From assembly GCA_964416765.1 (NCBI GenBank), contig CAYQEU010000002.1, forward strand, positions 78,877 to 142,876: DNA of 64,000 nucleotides, written 5' to 3'. Below the pieces are notes generated by a model. The model saw only the letters and a list, made by a program, of their open reading frames with translations, searched no databases and had not been told where the DNA came from. The stretch is from an uncultured Candidatus Saccharibacteria bacterium (GTDB taxonomy: Bacteria > Patescibacteriota > Doudnabacteria > UBA920). The translations under genes and the position numbers were made by a program. This document shows, piece by piece, positions 36,718-46,873 of the stretch; within the stretch, counting starts at the first letter, position 1, and each line of letters begins with the position of its first letter.

Positions 36718-37581
36718 CTAATCCACCGTAAGCAAAGCCAGTAAGATAGCCGCCGTAATAGTTAAAATAAAGCCAAGCTGTTGGTGGAGTTTCAACTTTT
36801 CCTTATTAAACTTCATGCCAAGCAAAGCGGCCAAAACAATATAGCTTTCGCTAATACTGGTCACAATAGCCAGGGGCACGTAAAGCGCTGCGTAAATATA
36901 AGCTACCCAAGCGAGGTTATCCAAGAAGCTCACGCTTACCGCCAATCGCGGATTGCTTTTAAGGTCTTTAATAATATCCTTAGTCCGCCCTTCCATCCAC
37001 AAGAATGCCAGCGAAATTATTGCTATTACCAGCGAAGTAAACCAGTTGACCAGCAAAGGGTTGGTGAGCCGCCCGCCGTCGGTGTACATAAAATCCGTTA
37101 CTCCCATGGCGATGGTTCCCACTATGGCCAAGACCAAGCCTTTCTCCCAGGTAATGTTTTTGAAATGATGCAGGGACCGCGCCGAAACCAAAAATATGCC
37201 CACCATAATAGCCAGCACGAGCACCAGTTGTACGGGGTTTAAGTATTCATGAAAAAAGACCGCAGATAATATTCCGACAATTGCGATCTCAAACGCAAAG
37301 ATGGGCTCAATGACGGAAATCTTTCCAACCCGCAGCGCTTCAAAATTAAAGTACGCGGCCAAAGTCATAATCACCCCTGCCGCCAACAAAATTAAAAATG
37401 CATGCTGGTTTAACAGCAGAGGCCCGAGATCTTTGTACACGAAAGGGAAGAGTACGATACTGCCAAACGCCGTAATGAAAAATAGAGCGACCCAGTCACC
37501 AAACTGGCGAGCGCTGCGTTGGATCAAAAAATCGCCGATGCCCCAGGAGAAAAGCGCGAGTAAGGTAAAAAGTATTCCCAT
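36718..37581 (-). CDS. EamA/DMT family transporter
   Basis: Ten TMs in two repeats; F..E.L...Q..G motifs. Confidence 0.85.
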   Translation of the reverse strand: MGILFTLLALFSWGIGDFLIQRSARQFGDWVALFFITAFGSIVLFPFVYKDLGPLLLNQHAFLILLAAGVIMTLAAYFNFEALRVGKISVIEPIFAFEIAIVGILSAVFFHEYLNPVQLVLVLAIMVGIFLVSARSLHHFKNITWEKGLVLAIVGTIAMGVTDFMYTDGGRLTNPLLVNWFTSLVIAIISLAFLWMEGRTKDIIKDLKSNPRLAVSVSFLDNLAWVAYIYAALYVPLAIVTSISESYIVLAALLGMKFNKEKLKLHQQLGFILTITAAILLALLTVD

Positions 37582-37670
37582 GCATATATGATATCAAATA
37601 GACAGGCGTTTACCCATAAGCCCCCCATTCAGGCAAAAGAAAAAGCCCCGACCTTAGTCGGGGACTTTTC

Positions 37671-37772
37671 TTTGGAGCGGCTAAGGGCGCCTGGCCGCTT
37701 CGCTAGGCATCCTCTAATCGCCCAAACAAAAAACCCGAGCGAGTCGGGTTCTTTGTTTGGAGCGGCTAAGGG
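37671..37772 (-). repeat. 85-bp element bounded by a 17-bp duplicated tRNA-Gly 3' end
   Basis: TTTGGAGCGGCTAAGGG at 37671 and 37756. Confidence 0.75.
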
Positions 37773-37831
37773 GAATCGAACCCCTATCCCTTCCATGGCA
37801 AGGAAGAGTTCTACCATTGAACCATAGCCGC
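37758..37831 (-). tRNA. tRNA-Gly(GCC)
   Basis: GCGGCTA acceptor, loop TTGCCAT, TCCA end. Confidence 0.95.
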
Positions 37832-37849
37832 CTAATTTTCAAGTTTCAC

Positions 37850-37924
37850 TGGTGCCCCGGGTCAGAATTGAACTGACGACACGTCGCTCTTCAGGCGACT
37901 GCTCTACCACTGAGCTACCGAGGC
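37850..37924 (-). tRNA. tRNA-Phe(GAA)
   Basis: Loop CTGAAGA, ACCA end. Confidence 0.95.
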
Positions 37925-37941
37925 ACGGGTTAGTAGTATTC

Positions 37942-38018
37942 TGGTGGGCGATAGAGGATTCGAACCTCTGGCATCTTCGGTGTAAACGAAGCGCTCTGAC
38001 CAGCTGAGCTAATCGCCC
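37942..38018 (-). tRNA. tRNA-Val(TAC)
   Basis: Loop TTTACAC, ACCA end. Confidence 0.95.
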
Positions 38019-38067
38019 TCGGAATTTCCCCAAAAAGCTTCGAGGAGCTTCTTATAGAGGGTGGTCG

Positions 38068-38154
38068 TGGTGCCCAGGAGAGGACTCGAACCTCCATGGG
38101 ATTGCTCCCACTACCACCTCAAGGTAGCGCGTATACCAGTTCCGCCACCTGGGC
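38068..38154 (-). tRNA. tRNA-Leu(GAG)
   Basis: Long variable arm, loop TTGAGGT. Confidence 0.95.
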
Positions 38155-38409
38155 TGAAATTTTTATCAATTTGCTTAGCAAATCCATCAAATTATATACT
38201 GTTTCGGTAAAAAAATCCAGTGGCTAAGCACTTCGGGTCGCCAAAAAGCATTAAACTTGGCCTAGCTACCGCCCAACTTCATAATCTCCAATAGAATAGC
38301 GCTTAAAATAATATGACATAACTAAGCCATATTTGTCCCGATTTCGCCCTTGCCCAAGCCAAAGAATATGTTTATTGGCTTATATAAGCCCTAAATTGGC
38401 AAAAATGCG

Positions 38410-38557
38410 TTGACTAAAGGGCCAAAATCTGCTAAAATATGTATGTAAGGTGCTTATTCGGCACTCTTTTTTATTTTAAAACTTGATAAAAAAGGGTGAG
38501 AAATTGGGCCTTTCCTATAGCTCACCGGGCTTTGGGGAAGCGAAGAAGTACCCTTAC
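38410..38557 (+). promoter_or_regulatory. Promoter plus structured 5' leader
   Basis: TTGACT-17-TAAAAT at 38410-38438; nested stems at 38445-38557. Confidence 0.55.
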
Positions 38558-38613
38558 GGTCTTTTACAAACCAATCATATTGGCATAAGAAAGGAGTTTG
38601 ATTTCTACATAAA

Positions 38614-39324
38614 ATGAAAGCTTCTTATCCTGCTTTGGAGTCTGCCATAGAGAAGGTAGCGGTAATTATCGCCCTTTTCTCGACCCTGTTCCTGGTTTAT
38701 CCGGAAACTACGGTCCTAGCCTCTGGCTTACAGACCCAAAACGGTGAAACGGCTCAAGTTTTTGAACTCAACTCAAAACAAAATACAGAATTAGTTACAA
38801 TTCAGGCTGTCCCTAAATCAATTACGATTGGCGACATTGTCACTACTAATGACCTGCTCGCTCCTTCTTTGAAGCAGTACTTGCAGTCTAAAGGTTCCCC
38901 GATTGCGGCTTTCGCCGATGAAATTCCGGCAAAGTACAACAACTACAAGCGTGTAATTGCTATTTCCTTCGTGGAAAGCAATATGTGTAAGCGCACTCCT
39001 AAGATCCGCACCAAGCATGGTTCCGTTGAGACCCATAACTGTAGCGGTATCGGTGGGGGAAGCCGCGTATACGGCAGTTACGAAGAATGGTTTGCTGACA
39101 TGAACAACTTGATGAACAAGCCAAACTACGCCAACCGCCCGCTTGAAAAGTTCTTGGGTTACTACGTTGTTCCAGGAAGCAAAAACTGGTTGAACGGTGT
39201 TAAGAAAGTCGAAGGTGACATTGCTTACCTCGAAAACAACGCCGCCCAGCAGTTGGCTTCAATGAAGAATAATCCTTCTTTGAGCATTGCTACCGCCGGC
39301 ACCCCTGAATTAGTAAATAAATAA
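38614..39324 (+). CDS. Secreted protein with a lysozyme/glucosaminidase-like domain
   Basis: N-terminal hydrophobic segment; L..YL..KGSP, AISFVES and HNCSGI pattern. Confidence 0.55.
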   Translation: MKASYPALESAIEKVAVIIALFSTLFLVYPETTVLASGLQTQNGETAQVFELNSKQNTELVTIQAVPKSITIGDIVTTNDLLAPSLKQYLQSKGSPIAAFADEIPAKYNNYKRVIAISFVESNMCKRTPKIRTKHGSVETHNCSGIGGGSRVYGSYEEWFADMNNLMNKPNYANRPLEKFLGYYVVPGSKNWLNGVKKVEGDIAYLENNAAQQLASMKNNPSLSIATAGTPELVNK

Positions 39325-39360
39325 GATTCTTAAAACCCCCTCGCAAGAGGGGGTTTTGTT

Positions 39361-39957
39361 TTATGCTAAATATTTTTCCATCTGGGTTTGGAAACCCGGG
39401 TAGTCCTTATACAGCTCGGCGGAGAAGCCGAACTCTTTTGCCGAATCCACGTTCTCTTGTTTGTCGTCCCAAACCAATACCGTATCTTTTTCCAGATTAC
39501 CTAGCTGGTTGTGAATTGATTCCCAGAATTTAATATCCGGTTTTGCATACCCCAGATACGGGGAGGCAAACATGCCATCGAAATACTCTTTTAAGTCTAC
39601 TACTTCCCACAAATATTCCGCGCGGTATTTTTCATTGCGAGTCTGCAGGTAACACTTGATTCCTCTGTCGCGCAGTCCCAGCACGTAAGACAAAAACTCT
39701 TCATGCTTGGTGCTTTCATATTCAAACCACATCCGCATATATTCTTCTGGCGACTGGGTTGCGCCCCATTCCGGCAGCTTTTTGGCCAGCTCGGTTTTTA
39801 AGTCAGCCTTGCCCGTTAAACAAAGCTGGAATTCATTCTTGAAAAACGGTTCCATCTTTTGCGGATCAAGGCCATTTTTTTCCGCGAAATAAACGCTGAA
39901 AAGTTTAGGCTTCACAACCGCCAGGCCATCAAGATCGAAAAGAATGGTTTTAATCAT
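39361..39957 (-). CDS. HAD-family hydrolase
   Basis: FDLDG, KPD and DDKQENV motifs. Confidence 0.9.
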   Translation of the reverse strand: MIKTILFDLDGLAVVKPKLFSVYFAEKNGLDPQKMEPFFKNEFQLCLTGKADLKTELAKKLPEWGATQSPEEYMRMWFEYESTKHEEFLSYVLGLRDRGIKCYLQTRNEKYRAEYLWEVVDLKEYFDGMFASPYLGYAKPDIKFWESIHNQLGNLEKDTVLVWDDKQENVDSAKEFGFSAELYKDYPGFQTQMEKYLA

Positions 39958-39975
39958 GGAGTGGGTATTACTGGA

Positions 39976-41001
39976 CTAGTTACTCTCCGTTTGCACGGAA
40001 AAATAAATATCTACGAGCGTAAAGAAAACGCACATAGCGAGCGGGCCGAGCAGGAACCCTAACGGTCCGAACAAAGCCAGTCCGCCCATTACGGAGAGGA
40101 AGGCAGCCAAGGGGTGCATGTTCATCCCACTGCCGACAATTTTTGGTCCAAGAAAATTATCAATGAGCCCCACAAAAGTGGCTCCCCATATCGCAAGGCC
40201 GATTCCGTTTGCGGTGTTATCGGTCAGGAACAAGAAAGCCACTGCCGGTGTTATGACTAAAGCGGTGCCGATGCCGGGGATGAGAGCCGCAATGGCAGCC
40301 GCGCCGCCCCATAACGCCGCGTTCGGAACGCCAAAAATGGCAAAGCCAATTCCGGAAAGAGTTCCCTGGATAAGCCCCACGAGCAAATTGCCTTTGGTAA
40401 CTGAAGATACGGCCAAACCGAGACGCGAAAGTATCAATCTGTTATCTTTCTCCGCCAATGGGCTTAACGCGTCAAGACGGCTAACCAATTTGCCGCCATC
40501 TTTCAACAGGAAATAAAAAGCGATTAGAAAAACGAGCGCCTTAAGGATAAGCTGGGCAATGCTGGAAAATATACTGCCAAGGTTTGAAGTGAGAATACCC
40601 AGTCCTTCCTTCGCGTACTGGCTCAGGTCAAATTCAAAATCCTGTGGAAGTGGGAGCACAGACCGGAACCGGTCAAAGATATCTTTCGCGGTCTGGATAA
40701 AATGCCCGTGGTCTTCCGCGAGCGCTTGGTATAGTCCTGAAGCTTCGCGTAAAATGAGCAGTCCCAGCAGGGTGACCGGGATGAGCACAATAACAATCGC
40801 GATCAACTCGGTTAAGAATGCTGAAATGTGAGCACGGTTTTTTGTGTAGGCCAAAATTTTAGTTTGCACCGGCTGGAACAGGTAAGCAAACATGGCGGCC
40901 AAAACCAGTGGAGCAAGGAATGGCCGGACAACAAAAAACACAACAACCAGTGAAGCGATAAGACAGAAAAGCAGGAAATAAACAGAGTTGTTGTGTTTCA
41001 T
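39976..41001 (-). CDS. AI-2E family transporter
   Basis: FYFLLKDG, IP.IG, IDNFLGP and GFLLGP motifs. Confidence 0.9.
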   Translation of the reverse strand: MKHNNSVYFLLFCLIASLVVVFFVVRPFLAPLVLAAMFAYLFQPVQTKILAYTKNRAHISAFLTELIAIVIVLIPVTLLGLLILREASGLYQALAEDHGHFIQTAKDIFDRFRSVLPLPQDFEFDLSQYAKEGLGILTSNLGSIFSSIAQLILKALVFLIAFYFLLKDGGKLVSRLDALSPLAEKDNRLILSRLGLAVSSVTKGNLLVGLIQGTLSGIGFAIFGVPNAALWGGAAAIAALIPGIGTALVITPAVAFLFLTDNTANGIGLAIWGATFVGLIDNFLGPKIVGSGMNMHPLAAFLSVMGGLALFGPLGFLLGPLAMCVFFTLVDIYFSVQTESN

Positions 41002-41020
41002 ATGTAATTAGGGAAGTTAG

Positions 41021-41107
41021 TGGTGCCCGGGGAGGGAATCGAACCCTCAATCCCTTGCGGGCGGGGGATTTTAAGTCCCCAGCGTATACCAGTTCCGCCA
41101 CCCGGGC
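41021..41107 (-). tRNA. tRNA-Leu(TAA)
   Basis: Long variable arm, loop CTTAAAA. Confidence 0.95.
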
Positions 41108-41108
41108 T

Positions 41109-41183
41109 TGGAGGTGCGAGCGGGAATCGAACCCGCGCATAGAGGTTTTGCAGACCCCGGCGTTACCACTTCGCCATCGCACC
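41109..41183 (-). tRNA. tRNA-Cys(GCA)
   Basis: Loop CTGCAAA, TCCA end. Confidence 0.95.
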
Positions 41184-41225
41184 AGAGGGCCGCGCGAGTT
41201 TGCGCGGCCAGTTCAATTGTATCAC

Positions 41226-42533
41226 CTATTCCGCTTTTTCAGCAGTTTCAGTGGTCTCGGTAGTTTCCGAGCTTGCGGTTTCTTCAGCAGCTTCGGAAGC
41301 AGCGTCAGCCTCGGGGGATTTGCCTGCTTCATCTGTGGCTTCAGCTTTGGCTTCTGCCTTGGCCGGAGCTTCGGTTAACTGCTTGATGGACAAGCCGAGG
41401 CGGTGTTCCGCCGGCTCAATGGAAATAATCTTGAATTCCAATTCCTGTCCCGGCTTTACCACTTCTTCAGCGGCCTTTACCGGTTCGTGGGACAATTCCA
41501 TTAAGTGGGCGAGGCCCTGGATGTCTTTGTCTAATTCCACGAAGACGCCAAACGGCATAATCTTGGACACAGTTCCTTTAACCACCTGGCCGATTTGGTA
41601 TTTCTTTACCGCTTCCTGCCATGGGTCAGTCTGGAGCTGTTTAATGGACAATGACACGCGTCCTTTTTCAATCGCGATAATCTTAGCCTGGACGGAATCG
41701 CCGACATGGAACAAGTCCTTCGGGTTGTCGATGCGCTGCCAGGCCAGTTCAGAGATATGAACCAAACCTTCCAGGTCACCAAACTTAACGAATACACCGA
41801 AGTCAACAACTCCAGTGATGGTACCGGTAACGATGTCGCCGATTTTCAGTTTGGCGAGTTTGTCTTCGGTTTCCTTTTCGAATACAGCCTTTTCGGAAAC
41901 AATCAGCTTTTCTTCATTCGGGTCAGCAGTAATAACCTGAACGTTAAAGTTGGTGCCAACGTAGGTGTTGAGCACGGACAAGATGCGGGACTTGTCGCCT
42001 TCTTCAACGCGAGGGTAGTGTTCCAAGGAGAGCTGGGACACCGGCAAGAAACCAACAACGTTATTGATTTCAACCATAAGACCGCCTTTGTTCGCAGCCA
42101 AAATTTTGGTGCTAACAATTTCCTTGCTTTCGAGCTGGTCGCGCAATTTCTGCCAAACACGCTCGTGGCCGGCCTGACGCATGGACAATTCAACATTGCC
42201 TTCTTTGTTTTCCACTTCCACAACGGAAGCGGTAACAGTATCGCCGGGCTTCAGGGAAGCAAGGGTAGCCTGGTCATCATAGAGTTCGCGGCCGCGAACA
42301 ACACCGATGCCGTAACCTTTAAGTTCAACATACACTTCGTTTTTGCCGACGGAGATCAAAGTTCCTTCGATCATGTCGCCAGGCTTGAGCACGCGGATTT
42401 CCGCGCCAGAGCCGAGCAGGTCGGCCATGTTTTCAGCTTTCGGGTCTCCGCCGGTGGAGATAAGGTTGGCAGGGGTCTGCGCCTGTTCCACGTCGGTTGT
42501 GGCAACCGGGGCTATTGCTTGATTTTCTTCCAT
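41226..42533 (-). CDS. rpsA: 30S ribosomal protein S1 (four S1 domains)
   Basis: FGVFV...EGLVHISEL repeats. Confidence 0.93.
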   Translation of the reverse strand: MEENQAIAPVATTDVEQAQTPANLISTGGDPKAENMADLLGSGAEIRVLKPGDMIEGTLISVGKNEVYVELKGYGIGVVRGRELYDDQATLASLKPGDTVTASVVEVENKEGNVELSMRQAGHERVWQKLRDQLESKEIVSTKILAANKGGLMVEINNVVGFLPVSQLSLEHYPRVEEGDKSRILSVLNTYVGTNFNVQVITADPNEEKLIVSEKAVFEKETEDKLAKLKIGDIVTGTITGVVDFGVFVKFGDLEGLVHISELAWQRIDNPKDLFHVGDSVQAKIIAIEKGRVSLSIKQLQTDPWQEAVKKYQIGQVVKGTVSKIMPFGVFVELDKDIQGLAHLMELSHEPVKAAEEVVKPGQELEFKIISIEPAEHRLGLSIKQLTEAPAKAEAKAEATDEAGKSPEADAASEAAEETASSETTETTETAEKAE

Positions 42534-42878
42534 ATTAATCTTTCCTAATATACGAACGCTCTACTAGAAATAAAAAACAACGCGCTACATTATACCGTAA
42601 GGTAAAGCCCGTCGTTGAGTTCAAATGTAAAAACGCTATTCATATATTAATTATTAAACGCGCCATTACATAGACTTACCGGGGGTTAATGGTTTTTAGG
42701 CGCGTGCGCCGATAAGTAAAGATATTCTACTATATTTAAGCCCTTTTGACAAGGCTGAAATAGGGGGTTTGACCACCCCTAAAAACCGGTTTTTTGTTTG
42801 TCCAAACACCGAAAAAATGCTATAATTATTGGGCTTTTGAGTATTTATCGGCCTTATAGGGCCACCTATCAATTCTTC

Positions 42879-43478
42879 ATGCAAATCCACTATTTTGGCC
42901 TGTCGAGTTTTAAGATCGTTACTAAGGAAGCCACTGTAATTACTGACCCATTCGACAAGAAATCCGGCCTCACCCCGCCGCGGGGCGCAGCCGATATTTT
43001 AATTTTGTCCGAAAAAGAGAACCCCATGTATTCGGCCATTAGCGGCATTTCCGGTGAACCCTTCATGGTTAATGATCCGGGCGAATACGACACTAAGGGA
43101 GTCACCGTTACCGGACTGCCCATCAAGCAGGCTAACGGCTACGTTTCCATCTTTTTAATAGAAAGCGAAGACATTAAGATTTTGGACCTGTCCCACATCA
43201 AAGACTTTGCGATTAAGGCCGATGAACTGGAAGCACTGGGACAAATCGACATCTTAATAATTCCAGTTGGCGGAGGGGAAGTGCTCGACGCCAGCACCGC
43301 CAGCAAAATAGTAAATGACATCCAGCCTAAAATTGTCATTCCCTCCCACTACCAGAAACCCGAAGCATTTGTAAAAGAAATGGGAGGCAAAGCCGAACCC
43401 ATGGACAAACTTCTCATCAAGAAAAAAGACCTTAATGAAGAGGGGACCAAAGTAGTAATATTAACGCCGCTGCGCTAA
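42879..43478 (+). CDS. MBL-fold protein with a degenerate metal site
   Basis: G.SSF, ITDPF, PGEY, IPVGG and P.IVIP.HY motifs; HxHxDH absent. Confidence 0.75.
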   Translation: MQIHYFGLSSFKIVTKEATVITDPFDKKSGLTPPRGAADILILSEKENPMYSAISGISGEPFMVNDPGEYDTKGVTVTGLPIKQANGYVSIFLIESEDIKILDLSHIKDFAIKADELEALGQIDILIIPVGGGEVLDASTASKIVNDIQPKIVIPSHYQKPEAFVKEMGGKAEPMDKLLIKKKDLNEEGTKVVILTPLR

Positions 43479-43687
43479 TGGGAATTATTGAGAACATCCG
43501 CAACAAGCCGCAAGAAACCCGTGTGAGAATAATTTGGGTTACCTGCGCCGTGGTAGTAGTGATTCTCTTGGTGGCGTGGGTACTGGTCGGGCGCATAGAC
43601 ATGAATTCCAACGAATCATTCATTGGCCAGGTACTACACCGAATCGGACACCCGTCCCAAACTTTCCCCGGATTATTTAACCGCTAA
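43478..43687 (+). CDS. Small single-TM protein
   Basis: 69 aa, coupled to the upstream stop (TAATG). Confidence 0.6.
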   Translation: MGIIENIRNKPQETRVRIIWVTCAVVVVILLVAWVLVGRIDMNSNESFIGQVLHRIGHPSQTFPGLFNR

Positions 43688-43713
43688 CAACAAGCTTTAC
43701 TAATTTATAGACC

Positions 43714-46191
43714 ATGCCAAAAGACGCAAGCCAAGAATTGACCCACGACCTAATCGGCAAAGTTACCTCCCGCAGTATTGAGAATGAAATGCAGGAGTCT
43801 TATTTGGATTACGCGATGAGCGTAATTGTTTCCCGCGCGTTGCCGGATGTCCGCGACGGACTCAAGCCGGTACACCGCCGCATCCTGCACTCCATGAATG
43901 AGCAGGGTCTGCGCGCCAACGCCAAGTTCCGCAAGTCCGCTTCAGTTGTAGGTGACGTGCTGGCAAAATACCACCCGCATGGCGACTCAGCCGTTTACGA
44001 CTCCATGGTACATATGGCGCAAGACTTTGCCATGCGTTACCCGCTAGTTACCGGACAGGGAAACTTTGGTTCCATGGACGGCGACCGCGCCGCTGCCTAC
44101 CGTTATACTGAGGCAAAAATGAGCGCTTTAGCCGAGGTTTTATTGGAAGATATCGATAAAGATACTGTTGATTTCCGCGATAACTTTGACGCCTCCCACA
44201 GGGAACCCAGCGTTTTGCCGGGCAAACTTCCGAACCTTCTCCTAAACGGAACCCTCGGTATTGCCGTTGGTATGGCCACCGACATCCCTCCCCATAACCT
44301 CAACGAAGTTGCTGACGCGATTGTGGAACTGATTGAAAACCCCGACAGCACCGTGGAAGACCTGGCCGAAATCATCAAAGGCCCCGACTTCCCAACCGGA
44401 GGTATCATTTACGACAAAGCCGCCATCAAAGCCGCTTATGCCGCCGGTAAGGGCAGTATAGTTATGCGCGCGCGTACTGAAATTGAAGAAACCAAGTCAT
44501 CGGCCATGCGCATCCTGATTACCGAGATTCCTTACCGCGTTAACAAGGCAACTTTGCTTGAACGCATTGCCGATCTGGTCCGCGACAAAAAGATTGAGGG
44601 GATTAAGGACGTCCGCGACGAAAGCGACAAGGACGGCGTGCGCGTGGTAGTGGATCTGAAAAAAGAAGCACTGGCCAATAAAATTTTGAACCAGCTGTTT
44701 TCATACACCCAACTCCAGGAAACTTTTCACATGAACACGCTGGCGCTGGTAGACGGGATTGAACCGCATGTACTGAACCTGAAAACCATTTTGGAAAAGT
44801 ACCTGGAGCACCGCCAGGTGGTCGTGCGCCGTCGCACTGAATACGAATTGAAGAAAGCGAAAGAGCGCGCCCACATTTTGGAAGGACTAAAGAAAGCCCT
44901 CGACCATATCGACGAAGTTATTGCCACCATCAAGAAGAGTCCGACCAAAGAAGAAGCATTCAATAACTTAATTAAAAAGTTTAAGCTTTCAGAAATCCAA
45001 GCCCACGCAATTTTGGAAATGCGTTTGCAAACCCTTGCCGGTTTGGAGCGCAAGAAAATTGAAGATGAATTGGCCGAGAAGTTGAAGCTCATCGCTGAAT
45101 TGGAAAGTATCCTAGGCTCCCAAAAGAAAATCCTGGGTATTGTGAAGAAAGAAGTATTGGAAGTTAAGGAAAAGTTCGGGGACGAACGCCGCACCCAGAT
45201 TGTGGCAGCCCCGCTCGGCAGCTTTAACGCAGAAGACCTAATTCCAGAAAACACCATCATTATTACCGTTACCAAATCCGGTTACATAAAACGAATGACC
45301 CCTGACGCCTACAAACAGCAAAGCCGCGGCGGCAAGGGTGTGATTGGCCAAAGCCTAAAAGAAGAGGATGTTGTCGACACTATTCTTACCGCTACTACCC
45401 ACGACGATATCATGTTTTTCACCAATAAAGGCCGGGTTTTTGTGACTAAAGCTTATGAACTGCCCGAAGGGTCCCGCACCAGCAAAGGGCAGGCCCTGGT
45501 TAACTTCCTGCAGTTGGGCAACGGGGAATATTCTACCGCCGTACTGGCTATGTCCAAAAAATCAACCGCCAAGTTCCTGGTTATGGCTACCCGCAACGGG
45601 TTGGTCAAAAAAGTTTCCCGGGATGATTTCCTAAAAGTGCGCCGCAGCGGCATCATCGCTATTGGTCTTAAAGGCGACGACGAATTGAAGTGGGCCAAGA
45701 CAAGTGGTGGAAATGATGAAATCATGCTGTCCACCGAAGATGGCCAGGCCATTCGTTTCTCCGAAAATGACATCCGCGCCATGGGCCGGGCCGCAGCTGG
45801 CGTTACCGGTATTCGTCTGCGCAAAGGCGACCACGTAATTTCCATGGACGTGATAAACAAAGAGATGGAAAGCCGCAATCTGGAAGTACTCGTGATCACG
45901 GAAAAGGGACTCGGCAAGAAGACTGAACTTTCCAATTACAAAATCCAAAAGCGCGCCGGCAGCGGAATAAAGACCGTGAAGATAACCGATAAGACCGGTA
46001 AAATAGTTGCCATGGCGATCCTCGACGGGTCCATGGAACAAGACCTGGTTATCCTTTCCAAAAAAGGGCAGGCCATTCGCACTTCCATAAAATCTATCGC
46101 GACTTTGTCCCGCGCGACTCAAGGGGTAAAAGTAATGCGGCTGGACGACGGTGACCAGGTCGGCAGCGCCACTATCGTAGACGCGGCATGA
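43714..46191 (+). CDS. gyrA: DNA gyrase subunit A
   Basis: [21 protein letters not shown] and GyrA box QSRGGKG. Confidence 0.98.
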   Translation: MPKDASQELTHDLIGKVTSRSIENEMQESYLDYAMSVIVSRALPDVRDGLKPVHRRILHSMNEQGLRANAKFRKSASVVGDVLAKYHPHGDSAVYDSMVHMAQDFAMRYPLVTGQGNFGSMDGDRAAAYRYTEAKMSALAEVLLEDIDKDTVDFRDNFDASHREPSVLPGKLPNLLLNGTLGIAVGMATDIPPHNLNEVADAIVELIENPDSTVEDLAEIIKGPDFPTGGIIYDKAAIKAAYAAGKGSIVMRARTEIEETKSSAMRILITEIPYRVNKATLLERIADLVRDKKIEGIKDVRDESDKDGVRVVVDLKKEALANKILNQLFSYTQLQETFHMNTLALVDGIEPHVLNLKTILEKYLEHRQVVVRRRTEYELKKAKERAHILEGLKKALDHIDEVIATIKKSPTKEEAFNNLIKKFKLSEIQAHAILEMRLQTLAGLERKKIEDELAEKLKLIAELESILGSQKKILGIVKKEVLEVKEKFGDERRTQIVAAPLGSFNAEDLIPENTIIITVTKSGYIKRMTPDAYKQQSRGGKGVIGQSLKEEDVVDTILTATTHDDIMFFTNKGRVFVTKAYELPEGSRTSKGQALVNFLQLGNGEYSTAVLAMSKKSTAKFLVMATRNGLVKKVSRDDFLKVRRSGIIAIGLKGDDELKWAKTSGGNDEIMLSTEDGQAIRFSENDIRAMGRAAAGVTGIRLRKGDHVISMDVINKEMESRNLEVLVITEKGLGKKTELSNYKIQKRAGSGIKTVKITDKTGKIVAMAILDGSMEQDLVILSKKGQAIRTSIKSIATLSRATQGVKVMRLDDGDQVGSATIVDAA

Positions 46192-46775
46192 TAAAAACTA
46201 TAGCGTTTGACTTTGGCGATGTCTTAATGAAAGACACCGTCAAGGCTATTGAATGTAAATACTGGAATAACAAAGTTTCCCAGGCAAACAAGAATAAATT
46301 CCTTGCGGCTTTGCATAAGACCGACACGGGAAAAGCAAGTGAAACCGCGCTAATCATAGCCATCAGACAGACTCTGGCCCCGAACCTCTCGGAACAACAG
46401 ATCCGCAAGCAGATATTCAAAAGCAAAACCTTGCCGCCCTGGAAACTATTGCTCCGGGTAGCGAAAGACTATCCGGTCGCGATTTTGACCAATAACTCAC
46501 GCCGCGGTCCTGAAACTTTTGCCAAACTATTAAAGATGGACTTGCGTCCGTATAAGATAATCAACTCCTCGCATATCGGGGTTCGTAAGCCTCACCAGCA
46601 GTTTTACCTTAAGGCCCTGAAAAAGTTAAAACTCAAGCCCGCTGAACTTATCTTCATAGATGACGTAAAAGCCAACGTAGTTGCCGCAAAAAAAGTGGGC
46701 ATCAAAGCAGTACAATACCGCGGAAACATGCAGGAAATCCGCTCATTTATGAAAAAGCAGGGTATTAAAGTATAA
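46188..46775 (+). CDS. HAD-family phosphatase
   Basis: FDFGDV, LTN, RKP and FIDD..ANV motifs. Confidence 0.88.
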   Translation: MIKTIAFDFGDVLMKDTVKAIECKYWNNKVSQANKNKFLAALHKTDTGKASETALIIAIRQTLAPNLSEQQIRKQIFKSKTLPPWKLLLRVAKDYPVAILTNNSRRGPETFAKLLKMDLRPYKIINSSHIGVRKPHQQFYLKALKKLKLKPAELIFIDDVKANVVAAKKVGIKAVQYRGNMQEIRSFMKKQGIKV

Positions 46776-46788
46776 TAGTCTAGTATTG

Positions 46789-46865
46789 GCGCGTGTAGCT
46801 CAGTTGGTTAGAGCAGACGTCTTATACACGTCCGGTCCCTGGTTCGAGTCCAGGCACGCGCACCA
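46789..46865 (+). tRNA. tRNA-Ile(TAT)
   Basis: Canonical cloverleaf; anticodon arm GACGT-CTTATAC-ACGTC; ACCA end. Confidence 0.88.
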
Positions 46866-46873
46866 GCAATTCT

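Noticed and set aside
41706-42548. 280-aa plus-strand ORF and similar long antisense ORFs over ftsK and gyrA
   Set aside because: Codon-bias shadows of conserved genes.
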